Of a stretch of DNA of 64,000 nt, positions 1-9,850 are shown piece by piece. Source of the stretch: an uncultured Chloroflexia bacterium (lineage in GTDB: Bacteria; Chloroflexota; Limnocylindria; Limnocylindrales; CSP1-4); contig CAVVJT010000010.1 of assembly GCA_963748625.1 (NCBI GenBank), positions 544,001 to 608,000 of the forward strand, written 5' to 3'. A program made the translations under genes and the position numbers. Position 1 is the first letter of the stretch; each line of letters starts with the position of its first letter. The notes under the pieces are model-generated. The model worked only from the letters and a program-made list of their open reading frames with translations, ran no database searches and was not told the DNA's origin.

Positions 1-576
1 AATCCCACGGAAGGCCTCCGATCGCTCCCCGGAGCCGATCCCTTCTCGGGCCCTGGCCTTCCGGGCACCCCTATGGTCGGCGGTGCACCCACGTCCGGGC
101 CCGCGGGCGCAACGGTCCAGCTCACCGCCGTCCAGCGCGCCACGCCCGCCCAGTCCGCCGCCGCTGCACGTCTCCCGGGCTCGGCTACAGCCCCGCGTGA
201 GCCGCTGGCCCTCGCGCGGGCTCACGCGCCCGGAGGCACGTCGGGGACCGCGGCGGCGCAGGCGTGGGCTGGCGCACCGGCCGGTACACGGATCACCTCA
301 GATCCGGCGCCTGCACCCTCTGTCCAGGCCTCGACGGCCGCCGGAGGCGCGGCAGGCAGCGCCAGCACCTCGACGCAGCTGCCGGCCTTCACCGCCACGC
401 CGGTCGTCCAGCGCGTGGAGGGCGCGGCACCGTCCGGCAGCGAGGAGACGTCCGGCCACTCCGAGACCGAGCTCGACGAGCTCGCCAAGGCCATCTTCGG
501 CCGGATTCGCAACCACCTCCGCACGGAGGTCATCCACGAGCGTGAGGCCAAGGGCCTCACCTTCGACGCGTTCTAG
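1..576 (+). CDS. CIS-associated low-complexity protein, C-terminal part (5' truncated by window)
   Basis: Frame is open from base 1. Ala/Pro-rich with 'VQR' motifs, ending ELDELAKAIFGRIRNHLRTEVIHERE, a C-terminal motif typical of proteins just upstream of the second tube gene in actinobacterial CIS loci. Confidence 0.6.
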   Translation, partial: NPTEGLRSLPGADPFSGPGLPGTPMVGGAPTSGPAGATVQLTAVQRATPAQSAAAARLPGSATAPREPLALARAHAPGGTSGTAAAQAWAGAPAGTRITSDPAPAPSVQASTAAGGAAGSASTSTQLPAFTATPVVQRVEGAAPSGSEETSGHSETELDELAKAIFGRIRNHLRTEVIHEREAKGLTFDAF

Positions 577-587
577 CGAGGCAACCC

Positions 588-1061
588 ATGGGCGACCCCG
601 CCGTCAGCATCGCCTACAAGGTCACGGTCGACGGGTTCATCCCGCTCGGGATCTGGACCAAGATCGAGGGCCTGGGCATGGAGTACCAGGTCACCGAGTA
701 CCGCGAGGGTGGCGTCAACGGCTACATGCACAAGATCGTCGGCCCGGCCAAGTTCACCAACGTGCGCCTGTCGCGGCCGGTCGACTCCACCTCGCCGCTG
801 CTCATGACCTGGCTCCAGAGCAACATGATGGCCGTCGTCCCCCAGACCATGGCGATCACCGCCTGTACGGCCGCGGGCGAGGAGATCACGACCTGGAGCC
901 TGGTGGGCGTCGTCCCTGTCAAGTGGAGCGGTCCATCGCTCGACATCATGTCCAACTCGGTCGCCACCGAGACGCTCGAGGTCGCCTACCAGGAGATCCT
1001 CGGTCTCGCCACGTTCGCGGGAGCCTTCTCGGGCTCGATCTCCGCGAGCGTGAGCTTCTGA
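588..1061 (+). CDS. Phage tail tube protein (T4 gp19-like, Afp1/5-type)
   Basis: IEGLGMEYQVTEYREGGVNG, NVRLSRP, VPVKWSGPSLD, ETLEVAY motifs of the gp19 tube family; CIS gene context. Confidence 0.9.
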   Translation: MGDPAVSIAYKVTVDGFIPLGIWTKIEGLGMEYQVTEYREGGVNGYMHKIVGPAKFTNVRLSRPVDSTSPLLMTWLQSNMMAVVPQTMAITACTAAGEEITTWSLVGVVPVKWSGPSLDIMSNSVATETLEVAYQEILGLATFAGAFSGSISASVSF

Positions 1062-1071
1062 GGGCGCGGCG

Positions 1072-1824
1072 ATGGTGATGGGAGCCGTCGGTGCGGCCGC
1101 AGGGGCCGCGGCGACCGTCGCGGGCGCGCTGGGCCTGCTCAAGCCCACCAAGGCGAAGCTCCTGTGCAAGGACGACAACCTGCCCGACGGCGAGCCGTCC
1201 ATCGAGTGCATGTTCAATCCGACGGAGTACCGGCTGACCCAGACGCTCACGGTCAGCCGCAGCCGGAGCACCACCACCGACGGCGGGACGCCCGAGTTCA
1301 GCGGCACCAACGCGATGACGCTCACGATGCAGCTCTTCTTCGACGACTTCGCCTCGCCCATGGGCGACGTCACGCCCAAGATCACGACGCTGCTGTCCTG
1401 GACCAAGCCGACGGCACGCTCTCGCAACCAGACACCGCCGCTCCCCCGCCCGCCCCAGGTCGGGTTCGAATGGGGCGCCAACCCGCAGCTGGCGGGCTTC
1501 TGGGGCTACCTGACCAACGTGGTCGTGAACTACACGGTCTTCTCGATGTCCGGGACACCGCTGCAGGCCAAGGTCGACGTGACCATCACCGGCCAGCAGG
1601 AGCAGATCGGCGCCCAGAACCCCACCTCCCACTCGATCAACAGCCGGCGCACCCGGGCGCTGACCGATGGGGACACCCTGCATTCGGTCGCCTACCGGGA
1701 GCTGGGCAAAGCCAATCGCTGGCGCGCCCTGGCCGAGCTCAACGGCATCGACGACCCTCAGCGCGTGCGCCCGGGCTCCGTGCTGCTGATCCCCACCCTC
1801 GCCGACGCGGCCAAGGACGCCTAG
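1072..1824 (+). CDS. CIS tube initiator with C-terminal LysM (Afp7-like)
   Basis: CMFNPTEY, PPQVGFEWG, GTPLQAKVDV, QNPTS, then LysM GDTLHSVAYRELG..RWRALAELNGIDDP. Confidence 0.88.
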   Translation: MVMGAVGAAAGAAATVAGALGLLKPTKAKLLCKDDNLPDGEPSIECMFNPTEYRLTQTLTVSRSRSTTTDGGTPEFSGTNAMTLTMQLFFDDFASPMGDVTPKITTLLSWTKPTARSRNQTPPLPRPPQVGFEWGANPQLAGFWGYLTNVVVNYTVFSMSGTPLQAKVDVTITGQQEQIGAQNPTSHSINSRRTRALTDGDTLHSVAYRELGKANRWRALAELNGIDDPQRVRPGSVLLIPTLADAAKDA

Positions 1825-1827
1825 CCG

Positions 1828-3477
1828 ATGCCCGCGAGCGCGACCGCCACCACTTCCAAGATCGTCGAGATCGACGGCGCCGCCCTGACCCCCGAGGTCG
1901 AGGCGCAGCTCGACAGCGTGCTCGTGGTGGACCGCCTCGCGATGCCGGACATGTTCGCGATCGTCCTGCGCGACCCCAACCGCGACATCCTGGGCAAGGC
2001 GGGGCTGGAGATCGGCAAGAAGGTCGAGGTCAAGACCAACAGTGCCGCGTCGACGACGCCCGAGACCCTCATCACGGGCGAGGTCACGTCCATCGAGACC
2101 GAGTACGACTCACTGGGCACCCGGGCCGTGGTCCGCGGCTACGACCTCTCGCACCGGCTGGCCGCCGGCCGCAAGACCGCCACCTACCAGAACGTCACCT
2201 ACTCCGACATCGCCAGCCAGATCGCATCCGCCGCGAGCCTCACGGCCGACGTGGAGGCCACATCCGGAACCCACGAGCACGTCTTCCAGGTCAACCAGTC
2301 GGACCTGGATTTCCTCTACGGGCTCGCGCGCCAGATCGGCTACGACTGCCGGGTTGACGGCGAGAAGCTCCTGTTCAAGAAGCCCGTGGCCTCCTCCACG
2401 GGACCCGACGACGCCACGAACCCCGAGCAGCTCGCCCCGCTGCAGCTCCACTGGGGCGAGAACCTCCAGGAGTTCCGTGCCCGCATGACCGCCGTCGCCC
2501 AGGTGGCGGAGGTCCAGGTGCGCGGCTGGGATCCGGCCACCAAGAAGGAGATCATCGGCAAGGCCAAGCCCACGGCCACCAACGCCGAGCTGACCACGAC
2601 GCCCGCCCAGCTCGCGGAGAAGGTCGGCGGGCAGACGCTGGTGGTGGTCAACCACGGCGTGACCGCCCAGGACGCGGCGGACCAGCTGGCCGCCTCGCGG
2701 GCGGAGCAGGTCGGCAGCGCGGCCTTCGAGGCGACGGCAGTCGCCGTGGGCGATCCCGCGCTCAAGGCCGGCGTCGCCGTCAACATCTCCGGCGTTGACC
2801 CGGCCCTGTGTGGCAAGTGGACGATCTCCGGGTCGCGTCACGAGTTCGGCAGCGGCGCCTACCGGACGGCACTCGAGTTCACCGGCCGCCAGGACCGCTC
2901 GATCCTGGGCCTCGTGAGTCAGGGTGGATCGGCGGTGGCCGACCGGCTGCCGGGCGTGGTGACGGCGATCGTGGACGACAACAACGATCCCGAGGGCCAG
3001 GGGCGGGTGCGCCTGCGCTACCCGTGGATGGGCGACCAGGCCGTCTCGTACTGGGCCCGCCTGATGGGCCCCGGCGCGGGCAAGGACTACGGCGTGGTCT
3101 GGATGCCCCAGACGGGCGACGAGGTCCTGGTCTCGTTCGAGCACGGCGATCCCGCCCATCCGATCGTGCTTGGCGGGCTCTGGAACGGCGAGGACACCAT
3201 CCCGTTCGACGCCGGCTCGGACCTCGACAACGGCAAGGTCACCTACTGCGGGTTCACGTCCCGGACCGGCCACAAGATCAGCTTCTTCGAGTCGTCGAGC
3301 GAGTCCAAGATCCACCTGCTGACAGCGGGTGGAGCGGTCAGCGTGGTGCTCGACGACAAGAACAAGAAGGTGGAGATCGACTCGCAGGGCGACATCAAGA
3401 TCCATGCCTCGGGGAACCTGGATCTGGTCGCCGACGGCAACACCACCATCAAGGGCGCACAGGTCGCCATCAACTAG
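1828..3477 (+). CDS. VgrG-related spike protein (Afp8-like)
   Basis: Late-control-D-like N-terminus (QVNQSDLDFL) and gp5 OB-fold (DPEGQGRVRLRYPW, PQTGDEVLVSFEHGDP..PIVLGGLWNG). No C-terminal effector extension. Confidence 0.92.
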   Translation: MPASATATTSKIVEIDGAALTPEVEAQLDSVLVVDRLAMPDMFAIVLRDPNRDILGKAGLEIGKKVEVKTNSAASTTPETLITGEVTSIETEYDSLGTRAVVRGYDLSHRLAAGRKTATYQNVTYSDIASQIASAASLTADVEATSGTHEHVFQVNQSDLDFLYGLARQIGYDCRVDGEKLLFKKPVASSTGPDDATNPEQLAPLQLHWGENLQEFRARMTAVAQVAEVQVRGWDPATKKEIIGKAKPTATNAELTTTPAQLAEKVGGQTLVVVNHGVTAQDAADQLAASRAEQVGSAAFEATAVAVGDPALKAGVAVNISGVDPALCGKWTISGSRHEFGSGAYRTALEFTGRQDRSILGLVSQGGSAVADRLPGVVTAIVDDNNDPEGQGRVRLRYPWMGDQAVSYWARLMGPGAGKDYGVVWMPQTGDEVLVSFEHGDPAHPIVLGGLWNGEDTIPFDAGSDLDNGKVTYCGFTSRTGHKISFFESSSESKIHLLTAGGAVSVVLDDKNKKVEIDSQGDIKIHASGNLDLVADGNTTIKGAQVAIN

Positions 3478-3488
3478 AGGACGAGTGA

Positions 3489-3878
3489 ATGGGACAGCCG
3501 CTCGTCATGGGCGACAAGATCCAGGGCCAGTGCTCCATCCACCAGGTGCCCAACCCGTCGTCGGGAGCGCCGCAGCCCTCCCCTGCCCCGCTGCCCTTCT
3601 CAGCGCCGCTGCTCGACGGCCTCGTGTCCACGGTGACCATCGGCGGCAAGGCCGCGGCGGTCATGGGCTCGTCGGGCTACAACACGCCGCCGCACGTGGG
3701 CCTGCACCCGTCGGACCCGTTCCTGGCGCCACCCCAGCAGAAGGGCCAGGTCATGTCGGGAAGCGGCACCGTGATGATCGGCGGCAAGCCCGCAGCGACA
3801 TCCGACTCACAGGTGGCCATGTGCGCCCAGGTCCCCGGGCAGCCGGTCGCGACCGTGTCCAACGTGACGATCGGCTGA
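3489..3878 (+). CDS. PAAR-like spike tip protein
   Basis: Repeated TVTIGGKAAA / TVMIGGKPAA motifs with Cys/His residues; follows VgrG. Confidence 0.85.
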   Translation: MGQPLVMGDKIQGQCSIHQVPNPSSGAPQPSPAPLPFSAPLLDGLVSTVTIGGKAAAVMGSSGYNTPPHVGLHPSDPFLAPPQQKGQVMSGSGTVMIGGKPAATSDSQVAMCAQVPGQPVATVSNVTIG

Positions 3879-3888
3879 GGGAGGCGAC

Positions 3889-4287
3889 GTGAGCGACGAG
3901 TTCATCGGACGCGGCTGGGCCTTCCCGCTGCGCGTGGACAGCACCGGCGGAATCGCCCTGGTCGCCCGCGAGAAGGAGATCGAGGAGGCGATCCGTCTCA
4001 TCCTGGGCACCGCGCCGGGCGAGCGGCCGATGCGCCCGGAGTTCGGCTGCCGCATCCACGAGTACGTCTTCGCCCCGGCCGACTCGGCCACCGCCACGGC
4101 GCTCGGCAACGAGGTCCGCTCGGCCCTCAAGCGCTGGGAGCCCCGGATCGTCGTGGACGACGTCGTGGTGTCCATCGCAGGCTCCGACGCGAGCCTGCTC
4201 TACATCGACATCCGGTACACGATCCGGACCACCAACGACCGCCGCAACCTCGTGTTCCCGTTCTACGTCATCCCGGGAGGAGACTGA
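3889..4287 (+). CDS. GPW/gp25 family baseplate protein (Afp9-like)
   Basis: GRGWAFP, ILGTAPGERPMRPEFGC, WEPRI, NLVFPFY. Confidence 0.93.
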   Translation: MSDEFIGRGWAFPLRVDSTGGIALVAREKEIEEAIRLILGTAPGERPMRPEFGCRIHEYVFAPADSATATALGNEVRSALKRWEPRIVVDDVVVSIAGSDASLLYIDIRYTIRTTNDRRNLVFPFYVIPGGD

Positions 4288-4290
4288 CCC

Positions 4291-6237
4291 ATGGCCCTGC
4301 CGGTCCCCAACCTCGACGACCGCCGCTTCCAGGACCTCGTCGATGAGGCCAAGCGCATGGTCCAGCAGCGCTGCCCGGAGTGGACGGATCACAACGTCTC
4401 CGACCCCGGCGTGACGCTCATCGAGCTGTTCGCGTGGATGACCGACCAGGTCGTCTACCGGCTCAACCGCGTGCCTGACCGCAACTACGTCAAGTTCCTC
4501 GAGCTGATCGGGGTGACCCTGTTCCCGCCCACCGCGGCGCGAACCCAGGTGACGTTCTGGCTGGCCGCCCCGCAGCCCATCGTCGTCACCATCCCGACGG
4601 CCACGCAGGTGGCCACCCTGCGCACGGACACGTCCGAGGCGATCCAGTTCTCCACCATCGAGGACCTCGCGATCATCCCGTCCAAGCTCACGCACCTGGG
4701 CTCGATGGTGGACGGCAAGACGTACCGCGACCACAACGAGGTGCTGGACAAGGGCACCGGGATCTACGGGTTCCAGGAGGTCCCCCAGCCGGGCGACGCC
4801 ATCTACATCGGCCTGTCCGAGGCCGTGCCGTCGAATGCCGTGCGCCTGCGGTTCCAGGCGACGGTCGAGGGCGTGGGCGTGGACCCCAACCACCCGCCGC
4901 TCGCCTGGGAGGCCTGGACGGGCGACGACTGGGAGCCGTGCGACCTCGACTTCGACTCGACCGGCGGGCTCAACCGCGACGGCGACGTGGTCATCCACGT
5001 CCCGCGCGGGCACACGGCCTCGCTCATCGCCAAGCAGCGGGCCGGCTGGATCCGCGGCCGCGTGACGGAGCTCGTGGAGGGCCAGCCTGCCTACAGCGCG
5101 GCGCCGCGCATCTCCGGTCTGACCGCGATCACCGTCGGGGGGACGGCGGACGCGGTCAATGCCGAGATCGTGCGCAACGAGGAGGTCGGCATCAGCGAGG
5201 GCGTGTCGGGGATGCGGTTCGCACTCAAGCGCGGTCCCGTGGTGCCCGGCGACCATGCGCCGGTCCTCGAGGTCGCCGGCGACGACGGCTGGGTCGAGTG
5301 GACCCACGTGTCGGACTTCGCCGCCTCCGGACCCGCGGATCGCCACTTCACGCTCGACGTCTGGTCGGGCGAGGTCCGCCTGGGGCCCGCGGTGCGCCAG
5401 CCGGACGGCTCACTCCGCCTGTATGGCGCGGTGCCGCCCAAGGGCGCCCACATCCGGCTGCACGAGTACCGAGTCGGTGGCGGGCGACGCGGCAACCTGG
5501 CGCCGCGCGCGATCAGCGTCATGAAGGCATCGATCCCCTTCGTCGCCCGCGTAGAGAACCGGCGCGTGGCCCGCGGCGGGGTGGACGGCGAGGACATCGA
5601 GAACGCGAAGATCCGCGGGCCGATCCGGCTGCGGGCGCGCGGGCGCGCCGTCACCACGGAGGACTTCGAGCAGCTCGCGCGCGAGGCCGCGCCCGAGATC
5701 GCCCGCGTGCGGGCGGTGGCCGCCGGCGACGGCGCCGATGCGGGGTCTGTCCGCGTGCTGGTGGTGCCGGCCGCCGTCACGGAACGCGGACGGCTGCGCT
5801 TCGAGCAGCTCGTCCCGGCGCCGGACACGCTCCAGAAGATCACGGACCGCCTGGAGGAGTGCCGCGTCATCGGCACGCGCACGCTCATCGAGCCGCCCGT
5901 CTACCGCGGCATCACGGTGGTGGCCAAGCTGCGCGCCCGGCCGACGGCGAACCCTGCCCGACTCCAGGAGGAGGCCCTCACCGCGCTCTACGAGTACTTC
6001 CACCCGATCACCGGCGGTCCCGATGGCGTCGGTTGGCCCTTCGGGCGGCCCATCAACGTGGGCGAGGTGTACTCGGTGCTGCAGGGCCTGCGTGGTACCG
6101 AGATCGTGGAGGACGCCCGGCTCTTCGGCGCCGACCCGGTCACCGGCCAGCGCGGCCAGCAGACCCAGCGCCTGGAGCTCGAACCGCACGCGCTGGTGTT
6201 CTCGTACGAGCACCAGGTCCTGGTCGAGGGCGCGTAG
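4291..6237 (+). CDS. Baseplate assembly protein (baseplate J-like, Afp11-like)
   Basis: LPVPNLDDRRFQDLV, WTDHNVSDPGVTLIELFAW, RAVTTEDFE, GWPFGR. Confidence 0.92.
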   Translation: MALPVPNLDDRRFQDLVDEAKRMVQQRCPEWTDHNVSDPGVTLIELFAWMTDQVVYRLNRVPDRNYVKFLELIGVTLFPPTAARTQVTFWLAAPQPIVVTIPTATQVATLRTDTSEAIQFSTIEDLAIIPSKLTHLGSMVDGKTYRDHNEVLDKGTGIYGFQEVPQPGDAIYIGLSEAVPSNAVRLRFQATVEGVGVDPNHPPLAWEAWTGDDWEPCDLDFDSTGGLNRDGDVVIHVPRGHTASLIAKQRAGWIRGRVTELVEGQPAYSAAPRISGLTAITVGGTADAVNAEIVRNEEVGISEGVSGMRFALKRGPVVPGDHAPVLEVAGDDGWVEWTHVSDFAASGPADRHFTLDVWSGEVRLGPAVRQPDGSLRLYGAVPPKGAHIRLHEYRVGGGRRGNLAPRAISVMKASIPFVARVENRRVARGGVDGEDIENAKIRGPIRLRARGRAVTTEDFEQLAREAAPEIARVRAVAAGDGADAGSVRVLVVPAAVTERGRLRFEQLVPAPDTLQKITDRLEECRVIGTRTLIEPPVYRGITVVAKLRARPTANPARLQEEALTALYEYFHPITGGPDGVGWPFGRPINVGEVYSVLQGLRGTEIVEDARLFGADPVTGQRGQQTQRLELEPHALVFSYEHQVLVEGA

Positions 6238-6792
6238 ATGCGTGCGCTCGTCCCGGGCCTGCTCTCGCCCCACCCCTTGGGCCCGACGCTGCCAGCCATC
6301 TACCAGGACGACGACTTCGCCCAGCGGATGCTCGATGGCCTCGACGAGGTCGTGGCCCCGGTCTACTCGGTGCTCGACAACTTCGATGCCTACCTTGATC
6401 CCTCGATCGCGCCGGAGGACTTCCTCGCCTGGCTTGCCGGCTGGGTGGGGATCGTGCTGGACGAGAGTTGGGACCAGGCGCGACGGCGGACGATCGTGGC
6501 ACGTGCCGTCGAGCTGTACCGGATGCGCGGCACCGCCGCCGGGCTCGCCGCCCAGGTCGAGATCCAGACGGGCGGCGTGGTGGAGATCATGGAGAACGGG
6601 GCGACCGCGTGGTCGGTCGATCCTGGTGGGGCGATGCCCGGATCGCCGGAGCCGCTGGTCGTGGTGCGGGTGACCGTCCCCGATCCGAAGGCCATCGATG
6701 CCGTCAAGCTCGACACCCTCGTGGCCTCCGCCAAGCCCGCGCACGTCCTGCACCGGATCGAGATCGCCAAGGGATCGGCGCCCAAGGGGTGA
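6238..6792 (+). CDS. Phage tail protein I-like baseplate wedge protein
   Basis: LPAIYQDDDF, YLDPSIAPEDFLAWLAGWVG, LYRMRGT, KPAH; abuts the baseplate gene. Confidence 0.85.
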   Translation: MRALVPGLLSPHPLGPTLPAIYQDDDFAQRMLDGLDEVVAPVYSVLDNFDAYLDPSIAPEDFLAWLAGWVGIVLDESWDQARRRTIVARAVELYRMRGTAAGLAAQVEIQTGGVVEIMENGATAWSVDPGGAMPGSPEPLVVVRVTVPDPKAIDAVKLDTLVASAKPAHVLHRIEIAKGSAPKG

Positions 6793-6884
6793 GTGGCGCG
6801 GCGTGTTGCGCGGTGTGTGGGCGCGGTGTGCCCCGCCGTCCGACTATCCTTCGCGCACCGGTCGTGGGCTGAGGGAGAGAACGC

Positions 6885-9432
6885 GTGATCACCTGCGGGA
6901 ACTGCGGACACAAGAACGATCCGTCCGACGCGTTCTGCGGGAACTGCGGCCAGTTCCTCGAGTGGGTCGGCACGCCCGCTGACGGCGCACCGGCCGGAGG
7001 ATCGGCGGAGTCGCGTGCCGACGCGCCCACGCCAGCCGCCGCCCACCTGGGCCGGGTCAGGCCGCGTGGTCATCGTGGACTCCCCGGAGCCCGAGCCCGC
7101 GCCTGAGCCTGAGCCTGCGGCGGAGCCGGTGGCGGAGCCCGAGCCGGTGGTCGTGCCGGAGCCCGAGCCGGCGGCCGAGCCCGAGCCGGAGCCCGAGCCG
7201 GCGGCCGAGCCGGTGGTCGAGGCGGAGCCGGTGGTCGTGCCGGAGCCCGAGCCGGCGGCCGAGCCCGAGCCGGAGCCCGAGCCGGCGGCCGAGCCGGTGG
7301 TCGAGGCGGAGCCGGTGGTCGTGCCGGAGCCCGAGCCGGCGGCCGAGCCCGAGCCGGAGCCCGAGCCGGAGCCCGAGCCGGCGGCCGAGCCCGAGCCGGA
7401 GCCCGAGCCGGCGGCCGAGCCGGTGGTCGAGGCGGAGCCGGTGGTCGTGCCGGAGCCCGAGCCGGCGGCCGAGCCCGAGCCGGAGCCCGAGCCGGAGCCC
7501 GAGCCGGCGGCCGAGCCGGGGTCGAGGCGGAGCCGGTGGTCGTGCCGGAGCCCGAGCCGGAGCCCGAGCCGGTGGCGGAGCCGGTGGTCGAGGTGGAGCC
7601 GGTGGTCGGCCGGAGCCCGAGCCGGAGCCGGAGCCGAGCCGGCGGCGGAGCCGGTGGTCGAGCCCGAGCCTGAGCCGGCGGCGGAGCCGGTGGCCGAGGT
7701 GGAGCCGGTGGTCGAGCCGGAGCCCGAGCCGGAGCCCGAGCCGGTGGCGGAGCCCGAGCCGGGGCCGAGCCGGAGGCGGAGCCCGAGCCGGAGCGGCCGA
7801 GCCGGTGGTCGAGCCGGAGCCCGAGCCGGAGCCCGAGCCGGTGGCGGAGCCCGAGCCGGCGGCTCGAGCCGGTGGCGGAGCCCGAGCCGGAGCGGGCCGA
7901 GCCGGAGCCCGAGCCGGCGGCCGAGCCGGAGCCCGAGCCGGAGCGGCCGAGCCGGCGAGCCGCGGAGCCGGAGCCCGAGCTCGAGCCGGTGGCCGAGCCG
8001 GAGCCCGAGCTCGCAGGCCGGAGGCCGAGCCGGTCGTCGCAGCCGAGCTGGCGGAGCCAGGCTGCGGCCGGAGCCGGCTGCGGCGGACGCCGGTCGAGGC
8101 GGAGCCGGTGGCGGAGCCGGCGCCGGAGCCGGTGGCGGAGCCGGAGCCCGAGCCCGAGCCGGTGGCCGAGCCGGTTGCTGCGATCGCTCCCCAGCCGGAG
8201 CCCGCGCCTCCGCCGGAGCCTGAGCCAGCGCCTGCGATCGCGGACACCGTGGTTGAGGCTGAGATCCCGCGCCCGCCGGAGCCGCCGGCAGCGCGGTCTG
8301 GTGGCCCCACGAAGAAGCTGTCCACGACCTTCGCGGCGACGGCGATTCCCGCGGCGCAACCCCAGCAGCCGCCTGCCGTATCGCCGATGGCGGCCATCCC
8401 CACTGCCCAACCGGCCCGGCCAGTCGACCGGACAACGCTCCAGCCGCCCGCGGTAACGCCGCGGCTCCGGTCGCAGCCGCCGCCCGTCCAGCCCGCGGCG
8501 CGCCCGCCTGTCGCGCCTGCCCCTGTCCAGCCCGCGGCACGCAAGCCCGAGGTCGACGCGGATCAACCGGCCGCCCGCCTTCCAACCGCCGAAGTCGCCG
8601 CACGTCCCAAGCCCACCGCAACCTCGCAGCAGCGTGTCGCCCAGCCCGGTGACCGGATCTGCGGCTCGTGCGGCGAGGCGAATGATCCCAGCCGCAAGTT
8701 CTGCCGACGCTGCGGCGCAAGCCTGCTCGAGGCCAGGATCGTCGATGCGAAGAAGCTCCCGTGGTGGAAGCGTCTCTTCGGCGGCGACAAGCAGCCCAAG
8801 CAGTACGCCGCAGGCGAGCGTACCGACGGCATGCAGCCCCCGAAGCCGCCGGGCAACCCGATCGCCCGCGTGGCCAAGGCCATCGGCCCCGTTCGCGGCC
8901 TCCTCGGACTCCTGGTCGCGTTCGGCCTCATCGGCTACATCGCGGTCCCGTCCATCCAGGGCACGGTCAACGGCATCATCTCCAACCCCACCGGCATCGT
9001 CGACCAGATCCGCAAGCTTGTCGCACCAACGCTCGAGCCCGTCCGCCCCGTGATCGATCACCGCCTCATCGGCCGTCAACGGACCACCCCGCGGAGCTCG
9101 CCTTCGACACCTTCACCAACACCGACTGGCAGGTGAGCGACAAGGTCCCGAGCGTGACCGTGACCTTCGCGGAGCCGGTCGACCTGGGCGCCACGATCAT
9201 CCAGGGTGGCTTCAAGGACACGTTCACGGAGCTGCGACGGCCCGCGAAGCTCGCCTTCGACTACCCCGACGGGTCGACCCAGACCATCGACCTCGAGGAC
9301 GTGCCCGACGCCCAGACGTTCGACCTCAGCGGCACCAAGGTCGACACCGTCACCATCCGAGTCGTCGCCACCTACGGCCCCGAGGACCAGCCGATCTCCC
9401 TCTCGGAGATCGAGCTCTTCAAGAAGGGCTGA
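6885..9432 (+). CDS. CisA-like membrane adaptor: zinc ribbon - Glu/Pro repeat - zinc ribbon - TM helix - discoidin/NADase-type glycan-binding domain (multiple frameshifts in this sequence)
   Basis: Reconstructed across ORFs 6885 ([15 protein letters not shown]), 7015 (PEPEP repeats), 7805 (ICGSC..FCRRCG, PWWKRLF, hydrophobic [17 protein letters not shown]) and 8761 ([24 protein letters not shown]). RBS GAGGGAG before GTG. Confidence 0.72.
7084..8230 (+). repeat. Coding tandem repeat (GAGCCG/GAGCCC units) encoding [21 protein letters not shown]
   Basis: About 1.1 kb of near-identical repeat units visible directly; indels accumulate in the second half. Confidence 0.95.
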
Positions 9433-9632
9433 AGGGGCTGACGAGCCGGGCAATCCCGGGCAGGTGAGCGGCAATCTCCGTCCTAGTCTCGTGCCGCCAA
9501 TGGCTGGCGGATACCCCTCCGTGCCCGGCGGGATCGTGCGCCTGGGCGACTCGATGACCACCGGGACACTGGTCGTGCCCGGACCGCTGATCGGAAGCGG
9601 CATCACCGGGCGTCTCGCACGGCGGCGGCGGC

Positions 9633-9776
9633 GCACCCGGCGCGCACACCGAGCGGTGAAGTCGCTTGTTGTGCGCTCGGTGCGCCACCCGTGCCCTCCG
9701 GCAGGGTCCCGACGGCACCAACTGCGCACCAGCCGCGCATCGAGCGCTCCGGCCGCGCCGTGTGGCTGTCCGGTGC
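9633..9776. repeat. Long imperfect inverted repeat (hairpin) between convergent genes
   Basis: Nested complementary arms: GCACCCGG/CCGGTGC, CACACCGAGCGG/CCGCGCCGTGTG, CGCTTGTTGTGCG/CGCGCATCGAGCG, GGTGCGC/GCGCACC. Confidence 0.55.
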
Positions 9777-9850
9777 ACATCTGGACGGAGACAGGGCCCG
9801 GAACGGCGGTCAGCAGGCCGCCAGCGACCAGCGACCAGCGAAGCGGGACT

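Noticed and set aside
588-6792. Prophage or T6SS interpretation
   Set aside because: No capsid, terminase, portal, integrase or tape measure, and no TssJLM/ClpV in the window; gene order matches eCIS/CIS.
7084-8230. Possible CRISPR array
   Set aside because: Codon-periodic coding repeat without unique spacers; no cas genes.
6390-9079. Long minus-strand ORFs rich in [10 protein letters not shown] repeats (6390-8720, 7057-8544, 7070-9079)
   Set aside because: Antisense shadows of the plus-strand PEPEP repeat, which lacks stops in those frames.
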